Shown: positions 29,352 to 37,149, counted from the stretch's first letter. The stretch: DNA of 64,000 nucleotides from Bacteroidota bacterium (GCA_037131555.1 JBAXQU010000001.1:1490-65489), one strand, 5' to 3'. Notes: generated by a model from the letters alone, not told the origin. A program made the numbers and translations.

Positions 29352-30929
29352 TTACAAGGAAATTATAATAGATATTGATGTTTCAGGAATGTAGCTTTTT
29401 TGTCCGGCTCCGGGTACACTAGCGGAAAAGCTGTCAGAAATGATGGCTTTTCCTTTTTTAATTTCCTCAAAACACTTGTTACTTCTGGTCAATACGTCTA
29501 ACACTTCGTTAACAGATGTGGTTCGACAACCATTATTTCCTAAAAGTACTTTTTCAGTGAATAATGAACCAGCTAATATCCGTTTATCCTCATAACTACC
29601 TTCGTTAAACAAAACATTAAGGTTTGTAAGCATTTCCAGCCCACCGTCAACATATTCCTTTATAGAATCATTCTTATTGTTTAGAATCTCAATATCATTG
29701 CTTACATTCATTAAATCAGAATTAAGTCTTAACGCAATATTATTAAACCTCTCTGGTGCTAATTCTCTTTTTAATAGCATGTTTTCAGCTTCAATAATAC
29801 TACCTTTAATAGATTGTTGCGTTTCTAATTTAATCATAAGTTGCTTTGCCTTATCTCCATTATATTTTACATCTGTATCCTTTAGAACTTCTTTGAATAG
29901 TTCTTTGATGTTGTTATTAATTTGTAAGTTAGTTAATAATCCAGAAATAAAAGCATGTGTCTGGTCAATAGATACCCTTGTTTGACACTTATTGCGACAA
30001 TGGTAGTATCCATATTTTTTACTCCTACCTTTTGACACACTTCCAGTAACTTGTTTTCCACAAATTTCACATGTTAGAAAATCTCGTAGAGGAAAATTTT
30101 CGTTGTCATGGCTTGGTTTTAATCCATACCATCGTTTACCTCTGAAAACATCTTGGACTTTATAAAAGGTTGACAAATCAATTATAGCTTCAAATCTACC
30201 TTCAACAATTGTCATAGGTTCTTTTTCAAACTCTGGTACAATAATTTTACCAGCATAAATAATGTTTTTTAGAATATCACTAAAGGCACTCTTTTGAATG
30301 TTCATTCCCAATTTGTTTAACCTTTTGCGAATTACTTCAACAGGCTCAATCCCTTTAGCCACCTCTTCAAACGAAGTCCTAATGAAATGGGCATATTGAT
30401 TCGGCTTTAATATGGATTTTTTAAACTCGTCTCTACAATTATCATAACCGTATGGAGCTTTCCCACAATAGTAACCGCCTTTTTTTGCTTGGTGAGTTCC
30501 CTTTAACGTTCTATCTGAAATATTATCCCTTTCCATTTCTCCTTGAACAAGATATACAGCAAGCATCATCTTATAATTTGATTGAGTAAAGTCAAGAAGT
30601 TGTTCAACGGCATTCGATTCAATACCCATTTTTCTAAATTCTGACAATACAGGATATGCCTTTTCGGAGCTACGTGAAAACCTGTCCCATTTGGTAAAAA
30701 GCACTTTATTAATTTGATGTTTGTTTGCCTTTACAAATAATTTCAATTGAATCCATTCTGGTCTGTTAAAGTTTTTTGCAGAATGGTCATCTTTATAAAT
30801 TTTAATAATATTATATCCCTCCCGTTTGCAATATGCTTTTAGAGATTCTTCTTGTTGTTGTAAACTATGCCCTTTTTCGGCTTGTTCGTCAGTGCTTACC
30901 CTAAGGTATAAAATTACATTTGATTGCAT
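29352..30929 (-). CDS. Large serine recombinase
   Basis: 525 aa with a resolvase catalytic domain (VILYLRVSTDEQ), a recombinase domain, a zinc ribbon (CEICGK...YYHCRNKC) and a coiled coil. The last 16 codons lie inside element 1. Confidence 0.87.
   Translation of the reverse strand: MQSNVILYLRVSTDEQAEKGHSLQQQEESLKAYCKREGYNIIKIYKDDHSAKNFNRPEWIQLKLFVKANKHQINKVLFTKWDRFSRSSEKAYPVLSEFRKMGIESNAVEQLLDFTQSNYKMMLAVYLVQGEMERDNISDRTLKGTHQAKKGGYYCGKAPYGYDNCRDEFKKSILKPNQYAHFIRTSFEEVAKGIEPVEVIRKRLNKLGMNIQKSAFSDILKNIIYAGKIIVPEFEKEPMTIVEGRFEAIIDLSTFYKVQDVFRGKRWYGLKPSHDNENFPLRDFLTCEICGKQVTGSVSKGRSKKYGYYHCRNKCQTRVSIDQTHAFISGLLTNLQINNNIKELFKEVLKDTDVKYNGDKAKQLMIKLETQQSIKGSIIEAENMLLKRELAPERFNNIALRLNSDLMNVSNDIEILNNKNDSIKEYVDGGLEMLTNLNVLFNEGSYEDKRILAGSLFTEKVLLGNNGCRTTSVNEVLDVLTRSNKCFEEIKKGKAIISDSFSASVPGAGQKSYIPETSISIIISL
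29403..29418 (+). repeat. attR core, 16-bp direct repeat tccggctccgggtaca
   Basis: Identical to 24130..24145. It lies 138 bp beyond the integrase start. Confidence 0.75.
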
Positions 30930-30939
30930 TTTTTTCTTT

Positions 30940-31227
30940 TTAATTAATTCCTATTGTTAACTCATTCAGTAAACTACTGTATCTGTTTCTCCCTTGAAAT
31001 TCTGAGTTAAATTCTTCATAATCTTCAAATGGACAAGAATCATAATGATTCTCAAATACAGAGTATAGAACGAAATATAAATCTTCAAAAAGCATCAATA
31101 CAGGTTCAGAGTATTTGTTATTGGGCAGTTCAATCACGTTGTGTTCAATTAGAGTTCCTTTTAATTTGATAAGCTCTATAAATTCTGGTAGCGATAATGT
31201 CAATCGCATTAATTCTAAATAAGTCAT
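30940..31227 (-). CDS. Hypothetical protein
   Basis: ORF only, with the start taken at MTYLELMRL. Confidence 0.3.
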   Translation of the reverse strand: MTYLELMRLTLSLPEFIELIKLKGTLIEHNVIELPNNKYSEPVLMLFEDLYFVLYSVFENHYDSCPFEDYEEFNSEFQGRNRYSSLLNELTIGIN

Positions 31228-31232
31228 TTTTA

Positions 31233-31451
31233 TTATTTGTTTTTGTTGTTTATTATTTTTTTGTGGCAAATCTCTGCCAATTTGTATAGTACATTTCGGA
31301 TTAACTCTATTTCAGTATCTGTAAATTGTACACCATTTTTGTTTAATTTTTTCTTGCATTCTGTAATTGAAAGCATTGTTATCAATACCCATTTCTCATA
31401 TTTTTTTATTAGGTAGAGAATTATTCTTTTAAGGTCATAGCTAGACCCCAT
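31233..31451 (-). CDS. Hypothetical small protein
   Basis: ORF only. Confidence 0.3.
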   Translation of the reverse strand: MGSSYDLKRIILYLIKKYEKWVLITMLSITECKKKLNKNGVQFTDTEIELIRNVLYKLAEICHKKIINNKNK

Positions 31452-31650
31452 AGTTAATGTATGAACTTTAAAACCAAAAACACACTGATAACCATGACAA
31501 TAGTAGTATAAATTATACTACCAAACTAATATTTTGATTATTTGCTGAACTAATCCTTTAGGTACTCCACAGGATAGAGGTAATAGTCTTACGTAAACTA
31601 TTTTTTGTTATTCAAAGATACGAATTTTTTAAATAGGATGCAAGTATAAT

Positions 31651-31881
31651 TTAACAACCTATTTCTATAAGTAAGTCCGACACTTTAATTTCAAGAGCCT
31701 CACAAATTCTTTTAAGAACTTTCATTGAAATATTTTGCTCTCCACGCAGTATTCTCCTAATAGAACTTTCATTTATGTTGCAAACATTGGCAAACTCAAC
31801 ATTCGATTTGAATTTTACTTTTGCTTTTTTTGCAATCGCATTACCTAATTTAATAAGAAAGTCCTTATCATTTAATAACAT
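31651..31881 (-). CDS. XRE-family helix-turn-helix transcriptional regulator
   Basis: 76 aa with an HTH_3-like region (FANVCNINESSIRRILRGEQNISMKVLKRICEAL). Confidence 0.6.
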   Translation of the reverse strand: MLLNDKDFLIKLGNAIAKKAKVKFKSNVEFANVCNINESSIRRILRGEQNISMKVLKRICEALEIKVSDLLIEIGC

Positions 31882-31882
31882 T

Positions 31883-31894
31883 GGACAAATGTCC
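31883..31894. promoter_or_regulatory. Candidate operator GGACA-AA-TGTCC
   Basis: Palindrome directly upstream of the XRE gene start, in the divergent region shared with the lipoprotein gene. Confidence 0.3.
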
Positions 31895-31937
31895 GCCCAT
31901 ATTAAAAAACAATCTCGTCATATATGGCGAATAATAG

Positions 31938-31945
31938 TACCTTTG
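31938..31945 (+). promoter_or_regulatory. -7 promoter box TACCTTTG
   Basis: Lies 18 nt upstream of the ATG at 31964. Confidence 0.4.
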
Positions 31946-31963
31946 ACCAATAAATAAAAAAAC

Positions 31964-32584
31964 ATGAAAAAAACATATCCATTACTCTACCTTTTTGGGG
32001 CATTATTAGCAAGCATTACATCTTGTAAGAAAGATGATACTGAACCAACTCGTAGTCCTATCGTAGTAACACCGCCTGTAACAAGTACTGGCAGTGATAC
32101 GATGTATTTTAAAGTTACATTACCTGTAATAACCCCATCTAATATTCCATTATACGGTGATTTTAAATATACAATGTCTAATGTTCACGTTTTCATTATC
32201 CGCAAAGATTCGACAATACACGAAGCAATACCAAATCTTAGTATCATTTATGATGCTAACACTAATCTCACATTTATAAGTAATTTTGATAATACCCCCG
32301 TACCTATTTTAATGAAGGTAGGTGATGGATTATACTTAACTGTAGATTCACTGGAAACATCACCAAATTATCCAAATGGTACTAATATTTTCAAGTTCCC
32401 TTGTTTATGTATTAACAAATCAACACATACTGGTTCACTGGCAGGGTTTTTATACCAAATACCAGTGTTTCCTAATGATTTCACTAATCAAATTTACTAT
32501 GGAAATGGTAGTGATTCTTGGGGTATTGCGTATAATATATGTGTTTACCCACATATAAACACAGTTAGCTTTATAAGACCTTAA
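31964..32584 (+). CDS. Hypothetical lipoprotein (island cargo)
   Basis: Signal peptide with lipobox SITSC. No recognisable domain. Confidence 0.5.
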   Translation: MKKTYPLLYLFGALLASITSCKKDDTEPTRSPIVVTPPVTSTGSDTMYFKVTLPVITPSNIPLYGDFKYTMSNVHVFIIRKDSTIHEAIPNLSIIYDANTNLTFISNFDNTPVPILMKVGDGLYLTVDSLETSPNYPNGTNIFKFPCLCINKSTHTGSLAGFLYQIPVFPNDFTNQIYYGNGSDSWGIAYNICVYPHINTVSFIRP

Positions 32585-32743
32585 CGATACAGGATAAAGA
32601 ACCTCGTATTCCTTTAAATCAACAAACTTCGTATTGTACAGTTAAATGTGCCAAGAATAGGGTATGGTAGAAAACATACAAACTTTTTTTGCGTAAATAG
32701 TGATTATTGTGGTGTATAATTTTGCCACCTTAATAATATACAC

Positions 32744-32751
32744 TATCTTTG
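32744..32751 (+). promoter_or_regulatory. -7 promoter box TATCTTTG
   Basis: Lies 25 nt upstream of the resolvase ATG. Confidence 0.45.
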
Positions 32752-32776
32752 TACCATAATTAAAAAAACATAAACA

Positions 32777-33379
32777 ATGTCAAAAGTAAAATACATTCGC
32801 ACCTCAACCATAGAGCAGAATAATGGTCGCCAGCAAACTAATTCAAATGATTTTAAAAAACTTTACATAGATAAATGTAGCGGTTCAATTAAATTAAGTG
32901 AACGCCCACAAGGGAAAAAATTAATTAAAGACATAGAATCTGGTAACATTACTGAGGTGCATATTAATAGTATTGACCGTCTAGGGCGTAATATAATAGA
33001 CATACTAACTCAAATAGAATTTTTCACAGAACGTAAAATTAATTTGTATGTGGAAAATATCGGAATGGTTAGTATGATAGATAACAAACCTAATCCTTCT
33101 TTTAAAATGATAGTGTCCGTATTAGGTAACGTGGCTGAAATGGAGCGTACTAGTATGCTCGAAAGACAAAGACAAGGTATAGAACTAGCTAAAGCAAAAG
33201 GGACTTATACTGGTCGTTTATATGGCACAAAAATGACTGACGAGGAAACGCTACTAAAATATAAGAGAGTAGCAAAGGCATTAAAAAAAGGGGGTTCCTT
33301 GCGCCTTGCATGTGCGATGGGTGAATGTAGTTTAGGCACTGCTCAAAAAGTGCAAAGGTTATTACGTCAAGTGGCATAA
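32777..33379 (+). CDS. Small serine recombinase (resolvase/invertase family)
   Basis: 200 aa with YIRTSTIEQ (catalytic Ser), SIDRLGRN, VAEMER and a C-terminal HTH. Confidence 0.85.
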   Translation: MSKVKYIRTSTIEQNNGRQQTNSNDFKKLYIDKCSGSIKLSERPQGKKLIKDIESGNITEVHINSIDRLGRNIIDILTQIEFFTERKINLYVENIGMVSMIDNKPNPSFKMIVSVLGNVAEMERTSMLERQRQGIELAKAKGTYTGRLYGTKMTDEETLLKYKRVAKALKKGGSLRLACAMGECSLGTAQKVQRLLRQVA

Positions 33380-33418
33380 ATAATTAAAGGTCATGCCTAG
33401 CATGACCTTTAATTATTT
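33378..33418 (+). terminator. Long hairpin after the resolvase gene
   Basis: Perfect 19-bp arms (aaataattaaaggtcatgc / gcatgacctttaattattt) with a 3-nt loop. Confidence 0.55.
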
Positions 33419-33795
33419 CCCAAAAAACAAAACGCTTCTTTTACACAACCATTGTTTTCGAGGTTTTCAATGGCAAAAACACTATTTTTAAATTAAAACC
33501 ACCTCATTTTGTTTGCTAGAGTAGGTACAAATGGGAACGGTATTTTCTCTTAAAAACTCGAAAAAATATTTTTCGAGGCACATCATACCGCCACTAAAAC
33601 AAAAAATAATTTCGGATATGATAAGGTGGGTAACGCATTCCCGACAAGGTCGGGGGGGCTTATCCTAGTTGCTCTATCCGTTTTCTTATTGTTTGTATTT
33701 CCAATTCTAATTGCAGTTTTCTTAACTGCTTTTGCAGTTCTTGTCGATTTAGTGGCTCACGTTCAACATTAATTTCTAACTGCTTTACTCTAACT

Positions 33796-34005
33796 TTATC
33801 CTCTAGTGTTGTCATGGTTCATCCAGTTAATTAAATACTCTTCATCAAATAGGTCATTAAGCCTATTCTCTCTTTTTAGTAATAAGTATTCCATGTATAA
33901 ATGGTCTTCATCTGTTATCGCTTCCTCTTCATACATTCTCAAAATGTAGTTAGTTAATAGACCCTTTAGTATAGGGTTAAATTCAAAATTTGTAATTTCA
34001 ATCAT
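33796..34005 (-). CDS. Hypothetical small protein
   Basis: ORF only. Confidence 0.3.
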   Translation of the reverse strand: MIEITNFEFNPILKGLLTNYILRMYEEEAITDEDHLYMEYLLLKRENRLNDLFDEEYLINWMNHDNTRG

Positions 34006-34011
34006 CTTCTT

Positions 34012-34518
34012 TTAGTTTATAATGTTCTTTATGTTATTGTTTTCTTTCTGCATATAATTTTTCCATCCTTCAAGGTCATATATATCAGTTTCTTTATAGC
34101 TTATTCGAGAGAATCCTAATCTAAGGCTTTCAATAAGTTTTCTCTTTTGGTTGCAGTTAATGTAACAATGTAAATGGTTTTGGTGGTTAGCTTTCTTTTG
34201 TTCCACCACATAATAAATCTCTAAGTCGGTGTCATTCATATTATCATAAACAAATTTCATTACAGCATCAATATCAGCCTCACTATAATAATTACAGGGG
34301 TCTATGCTTAGTGCATAGTACTTGCTTTTTATTTTGTTCTTAGGGGTGAATTTAGGTAGTAAAAGGTGGTGTACCAACCATCTATTCACCTCATCTTTTT
34401 TAAGTAACTCAGCTGAGGTGGTCGGTTGAATGGACTTAATAATTTTCCTAATATTTCTAATACCAGTCTTATGGTACTTACTTAGTTCTTGTACTGTTAA
34501 GTACTCTTTTTCTATCAT
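34012..34518 (-). CDS. Putative HTH plus HUH-type Rep/relaxase-like protein
   Basis: 168 aa with an N-terminal HTH-like segment (LTVQELSKYHKTGIRNIRKII). It has an HLH (His-hydrophobic-His) triplet in NHLHCYINC and a downstream NYMQK (Y-x-x-K). The motif-level match is weak. Confidence 0.3.
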   Translation of the reverse strand: MIEKEYLTVQELSKYHKTGIRNIRKIIKSIQPTTSAELLKKDEVNRWLVHHLLLPKFTPKNKIKSKYYALSIDPCNYYSEADIDAVMKFVYDNMNDTDLEIYYVVEQKKANHQNHLHCYINCNQKRKLIESLRLGFSRISYKETDIYDLEGWKNYMQKENNNIKNIIN

Positions 34519-34777
34519 ATTCTTTTTCTTTTTATGTATAACAAATCTATTAGCAAGGTAAAAAAGTACCTCACTTTAGTTTGCTTATTTATATATAAGT
34601 ATCTGGGATTTTCCGAAAAGTTCCTTCGGCACGAAAATAATCTATGTAATGGCAACCAATAAAACAAGATGCCTAATAACAAGCGGTTTTGCTCTTGGTT
34701 ATCAGTTTATAAGCATTGGAAAGTTTCTTTAGGTCTTCGATAAAATGGTTCGACAACTCGATGTTAAAGGGTACTAA

Positions 34778-34822
34778 GCCGAACTTTTCGAAGAAATTCT
34801 GAGAAGTTCGGCTTTTATTTTT
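34778..34822 (+). terminator. Strong orphan intrinsic terminator
   Basis: 12-bp stem (gccgaacttttc / gagaagttcggc, one G-U pair), an 11-nt loop and then ttttattttt. There is no plus-strand ORF of 60 aa or more upstream. Confidence 0.5.
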
Positions 34823-34840
34823 ACTTCCTATTTGTTATTA

Positions 34841-34930
34841 GGCATTAGCGAATAGCGAAGGGTCGGGACAGGCGAGGCTCGCAAATCCTGAATAACAAAT
34901 CCTAAATCTAAAAATTCTATCCCGAAGTTT
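34841..34930 (+). repeat. Dispersed intergenic repeat family, copy A
   Basis: Shares ggcaTtagcgaa, gaggctcgca, aaatcctaaatc and cgaagttt blocks with 56584..56768. Confidence 0.55.
34856..34889. repeat. Left arm of a 34-bp perfect inverted repeat
   Basis: cgaagggtcgggacaggcgaggctcgcaaatcct. Its exact reverse complement is at 35446..35479. Confidence 0.85.
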
Positions 34931-35014
34931 CAAGGACTTAGTACTAAATCCTAATTACCAAGTTCTAAAAAGAAGATTTGGCGTTTTGTGATGAAGTTCT
35001 TTGTTTTGTTCTAA

Positions 35015-35439
35015 CAAATTGAAATATATGCACTTTCGGAAGCAAAATGTTATTCAAAAAAAGTGACATATACCATTCCGGATTACGAAATGTGCGCGTG
35101 ACTTGTTACCGAAAACATTCCGAAAACAAAACCATATCCGTAACATGTTACCGAACCTATTCTGAAAACAGAACCCTGTGCGTAACATGTTACGCGGCAC
35201 ATTCCGAAAACGAAACCATATCCGTAACTTGTTACCGAACCTATTCTGAAAACAAAACCATGTGCGTAACATGTTACGCGGCACATTCCGAAATCAGAAC
35301 CCTGTGCGTAACATGTTACACGACACATTCTGTTTCTGGAACCCTATCCGTCACTTTTTCACCTAAAAACTCTCTTTTTTCGATTCTCAAACTCATTTTA
35401 GATGAATATTTGAAAGGATATGTAGGATTTAGGATTTGA
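35015..35439 (+). repeat. 425-bp repeat element, copy 1 (conserved flanks plus internal 42-bp array)
   Basis: Colinear without indels with 46385..46809 (offset exactly 11,370 bp). The 5' flank from aaaatgttattcaaaaaaagtgacatataccattccggattacgaaat is near-identical. It also forms track ORF 35047..35439. Confidence 0.85.
35098..35361 (+). repeat. Tandem array of six 42-bp units plus a degenerate seventh, core palindrome GTAAC-(A/T)T-GTTAC
   Basis: Palindromes start at 35098, 35140, 35182, 35224, 35266 and 35308. Two unit subtypes alternate. Some units extend to the 16-bp perfect palindrome GCGTAACATGTTACGC. Confidence 0.9.
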
Positions 35440-35514
35440 AGATTTAGGATTTGCGAGCCTCGCCTGTCCCGACCCTTCGGGAGCGATTTTCAACTCTGCG
35501 TTCTCTGCGATAAA
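35422..35514 (-). repeat. Dispersed intergenic repeat family, inverted partial copy
   Basis: Its reverse complement (tatttatcgcagagaacgcagagttgaaaatcgct...gaggctcgcaaatcct) aligns with tatttatagctgagaacacagagttaaaaaccgctgaggctcgcagag at about 56.65 kb. Confidence 0.55.
35446..35479. repeat. Right arm of the 34-bp perfect inverted repeat
   Basis: aggatttgcgagcctcgcctgtcccgacccttcg, the reverse complement of 34856..34889. Confidence 0.85.
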
Positions 35515-35578
35515 TATGAAACGGAAAATCCTAAATCCCCAATTCCTAAATCCATATTGCCAACCAAGTAAAATGCCC

Positions 35579-35586
35579 TATCTTTG
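35579..35586 (+). promoter_or_regulatory. -7 promoter box TATCTTTG
   Basis: Lies inside track ORF 35516..36715, 16 nt upstream of the ATG at 35603. This supports the shorter gene. Confidence 0.45.
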
Positions 35587-35602
35587 TGCTTTCAATCGCA
35601 TT

Positions 35603-36715
35603 ATGCTTCGACTATACATCACTTTGTTGCTCGCCATGTTGGGTTTTCAAACCTTTGCCCAAGAAGGTTTAGGATATTATTACGACTATTACAATCATTT
35701 TTATGTGTTTGATCATGGTAAAAACATTCAGCTCGAATCGAACCCCGTAGACAGCATACGTGCAGGAAACGATTATTTGGCATACATCAGTCAGGGTGGC
35801 GACCTTAAGGTGTATTACAATGGCGAAGTGATAACCATTGAAGAAAACATACCCAACGAAATGATTGCAAGTGCCAATGCGTTGGTGTACAAAATGCAAA
35901 AACGATTGATGATTTTCGAACGAGGCGAAAAGCAAGAATTGTCGCCTTGGGCGCAAAATTATTCCGTGTCCGACAATATGGTTACTTGGCAAGAAGTAAC
36001 CAATCTCAACATCATGACTTATCAAAATGGCGAAATAAAAACCATTGAATCGGGTTTCTCGGTAAAGGCCATCAACGCCAACAAAACCAGCAAAAACGTA
36101 TTTGCTTATAGCGATATGAACAATGAGTTCAAGGTATTTTTTAATAACGAAATCTTTGATTCGCAACTCAACAACATTCGAAATTTTAAATGCGGATTGA
36201 ACACCGTTGCTTTTCTCGACCGTTTCAACAATGCATTTATTGTGTTTTACGATGGTGCTTATTATACCCTTTCTGATCGCCTTCCAAAATCATATACCGT
36301 AGCCGACAATGCTGTTTTTTATACCGATGCTAACGACAATTTAATGCTGTATTATGCAGGCAAATTAGTTCAACTCGAAACTTTTCTGCCTAGTTTTCAA
36401 CGCACCAAAGACAATATCATCGCCTATTACAACGACCCTGAACTTAAGGTGGTATATGCCGGTCAGAAAATTACATTAGATAAATTCAGCGGACAACCCA
36501 ATCTTATTTTAGGTCCCAATTCGGCATTGTATCTCGATAACAACAACCGACCAAAATATTTTTACAAAGGAAAACTTTATGAAAATTTTTTAACCGAACC
36601 CGTTCGCGAACTTTATCTCTACCGTGATTTGCCTTTTTTCAAATACGGCAACAATACAGTAGGGTTTTATTACGAAGGGAAAATGTACGAGTTTGAAGGC
36701 AGCCGCGATAGGTAG
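35603..36715 (+). CDS. Secreted repeat protein of unknown function
   Basis: Signal peptide MLRLYITLLLAMLGFQTFAQ followed by about eight degenerate 40-50-aa repeats (..VAY.D....LKVYYNGE..), suggesting a beta-propeller-like fold. Confidence 0.5.
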   Translation: MLRLYITLLLAMLGFQTFAQEGLGYYYDYYNHFYVFDHGKNIQLESNPVDSIRAGNDYLAYISQGGDLKVYYNGEVITIEENIPNEMIASANALVYKMQKRLMIFERGEKQELSPWAQNYSVSDNMVTWQEVTNLNIMTYQNGEIKTIESGFSVKAINANKTSKNVFAYSDMNNEFKVFFNNEIFDSQLNNIRNFKCGLNTVAFLDRFNNAFIVFYDGAYYTLSDRLPKSYTVADNAVFYTDANDNLMLYYAGKLVQLETFLPSFQRTKDNIIAYYNDPELKVVYAGQKITLDKFSGQPNLILGPNSALYLDNNNRPKYFYKGKLYENFLTEPVRELYLYRDLPFFKYGNNTVGFYYEGKMYEFEGSRDR

Positions 36716-36723
36716 TTGGATGT

Positions 36724-36999
36724 CTAAAAAGCCATCAAGCCTTCTATTCCTTCCATTTCTTTGTATTTCGCTATTATCGAATCGGCATCAAGCATTACTT
36801 CTTTCACCGTAATGCAAATGTATTTTCCGTTTGACGATTGCTTCTGAGTAATTACCGACTCATCCGAGAATTTAGATTCAACCAAAGCAATCTCTCTATT
36901 CAAGGCAGGTATAATAAACTTGAACATATAGAGTTTTGGCCAGTTGCCTTCTTTCATCAATGTCTCGCGCAATTTCGAATATTTGTCATCTGTATTCAT
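36724..36999 (-). CDS. DUF493 (YbeD-like) family protein
   Basis: 91 aa from MNTDDKY. The size and the pattern YMFKFIIP...ITVKEVM resemble YbeD-like proteins. Confidence 0.5.
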   Translation of the reverse strand: MNTDDKYSKLRETLMKEGNWPKLYMFKFIIPALNREIALVESKFSDESVITQKQSSNGKYICITVKEVMLDADSIIAKYKEMEGIEGLMAF

Positions 37000-37070
37000 T
37001 CCGTCAAAAGTACAATTAATTTTCAAAATCAATCCTCACCGTTTCTTGTTTTGCAATTCGAGACCTTATG

Positions 37071-37104
37071 AAAAAAACACCCCAACTAGTTTTAGTTGGG
37101 GTGA
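37071..37104 (-). terminator. Intrinsic terminator at the end of the cytochrome operon
   Basis: On the minus strand, caccccaacta-aaac-tagttggggtg is followed by ttttttt. Confidence 0.65.
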
Positions 37105-37149
37105 ATCAATAGAATTAAAATAGTTTTTAATGAAAATGTTACCGAATCG

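Larger units (their letters stand above)
24130..29418. mobile_element. Integrative element 1: about 5.3-kb cryptic prophage-like island in the 3' end of tRNA-Leu
   Basis: Bounded by the exact 16-bp direct repeat. Contains a tyrosine integrase next to the right repeat, a cI/LexA-like repressor and a lysis-like cassette. AT-rich compared with the flanks. Confidence 0.7.
29419..34600. mobile_element. Integrative element 2: island carrying a large serine recombinase (right boundary uncertain)
   Basis: AT-rich block containing a large serine recombinase, an XRE regulator, a small serine recombinase and a possible HUH Rep. It would abut the tRNA-Leu 3' end if element 1 were removed. Confidence 0.5.

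Noticed and set aside
31882-32776. Invertible (phase-variable) promoter controlled by the adjacent resolvase/invertase for the lipoprotein gene
   Set aside because: I found no inverted repeats flanking either promoter region (31882-31963 or 32585-32776). Ordinary -7 boxes are correctly oriented for both genes.
33660-33816. A 51-codon coiled-coil ORF on the minus strand downstream of 33796..34005
   Set aside because: Careful base-by-base retranslation showed a stop after 15 codons. My first reading had dropped one nucleotide.
35054-35328. Minus-strand ORFs 35054..35284 and 35083..35328 inside the repeat array
   Set aside because: They are open only because a stop-free 42-bp unit is iterated. 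They overlap each other and the plus-frame ORF, and there is no independent support.
35098-35361. CRISPR array interpretation of the 42-bp repeats (also 46468-46731 and 57067-57290)
   Set aside because: In the first two arrays the whole 42-bp unit repeats, so there are no unique spacers. In the third array the conserved part is only 14 bp, too short for a CRISPR repeat. No cas genes are present in the window.
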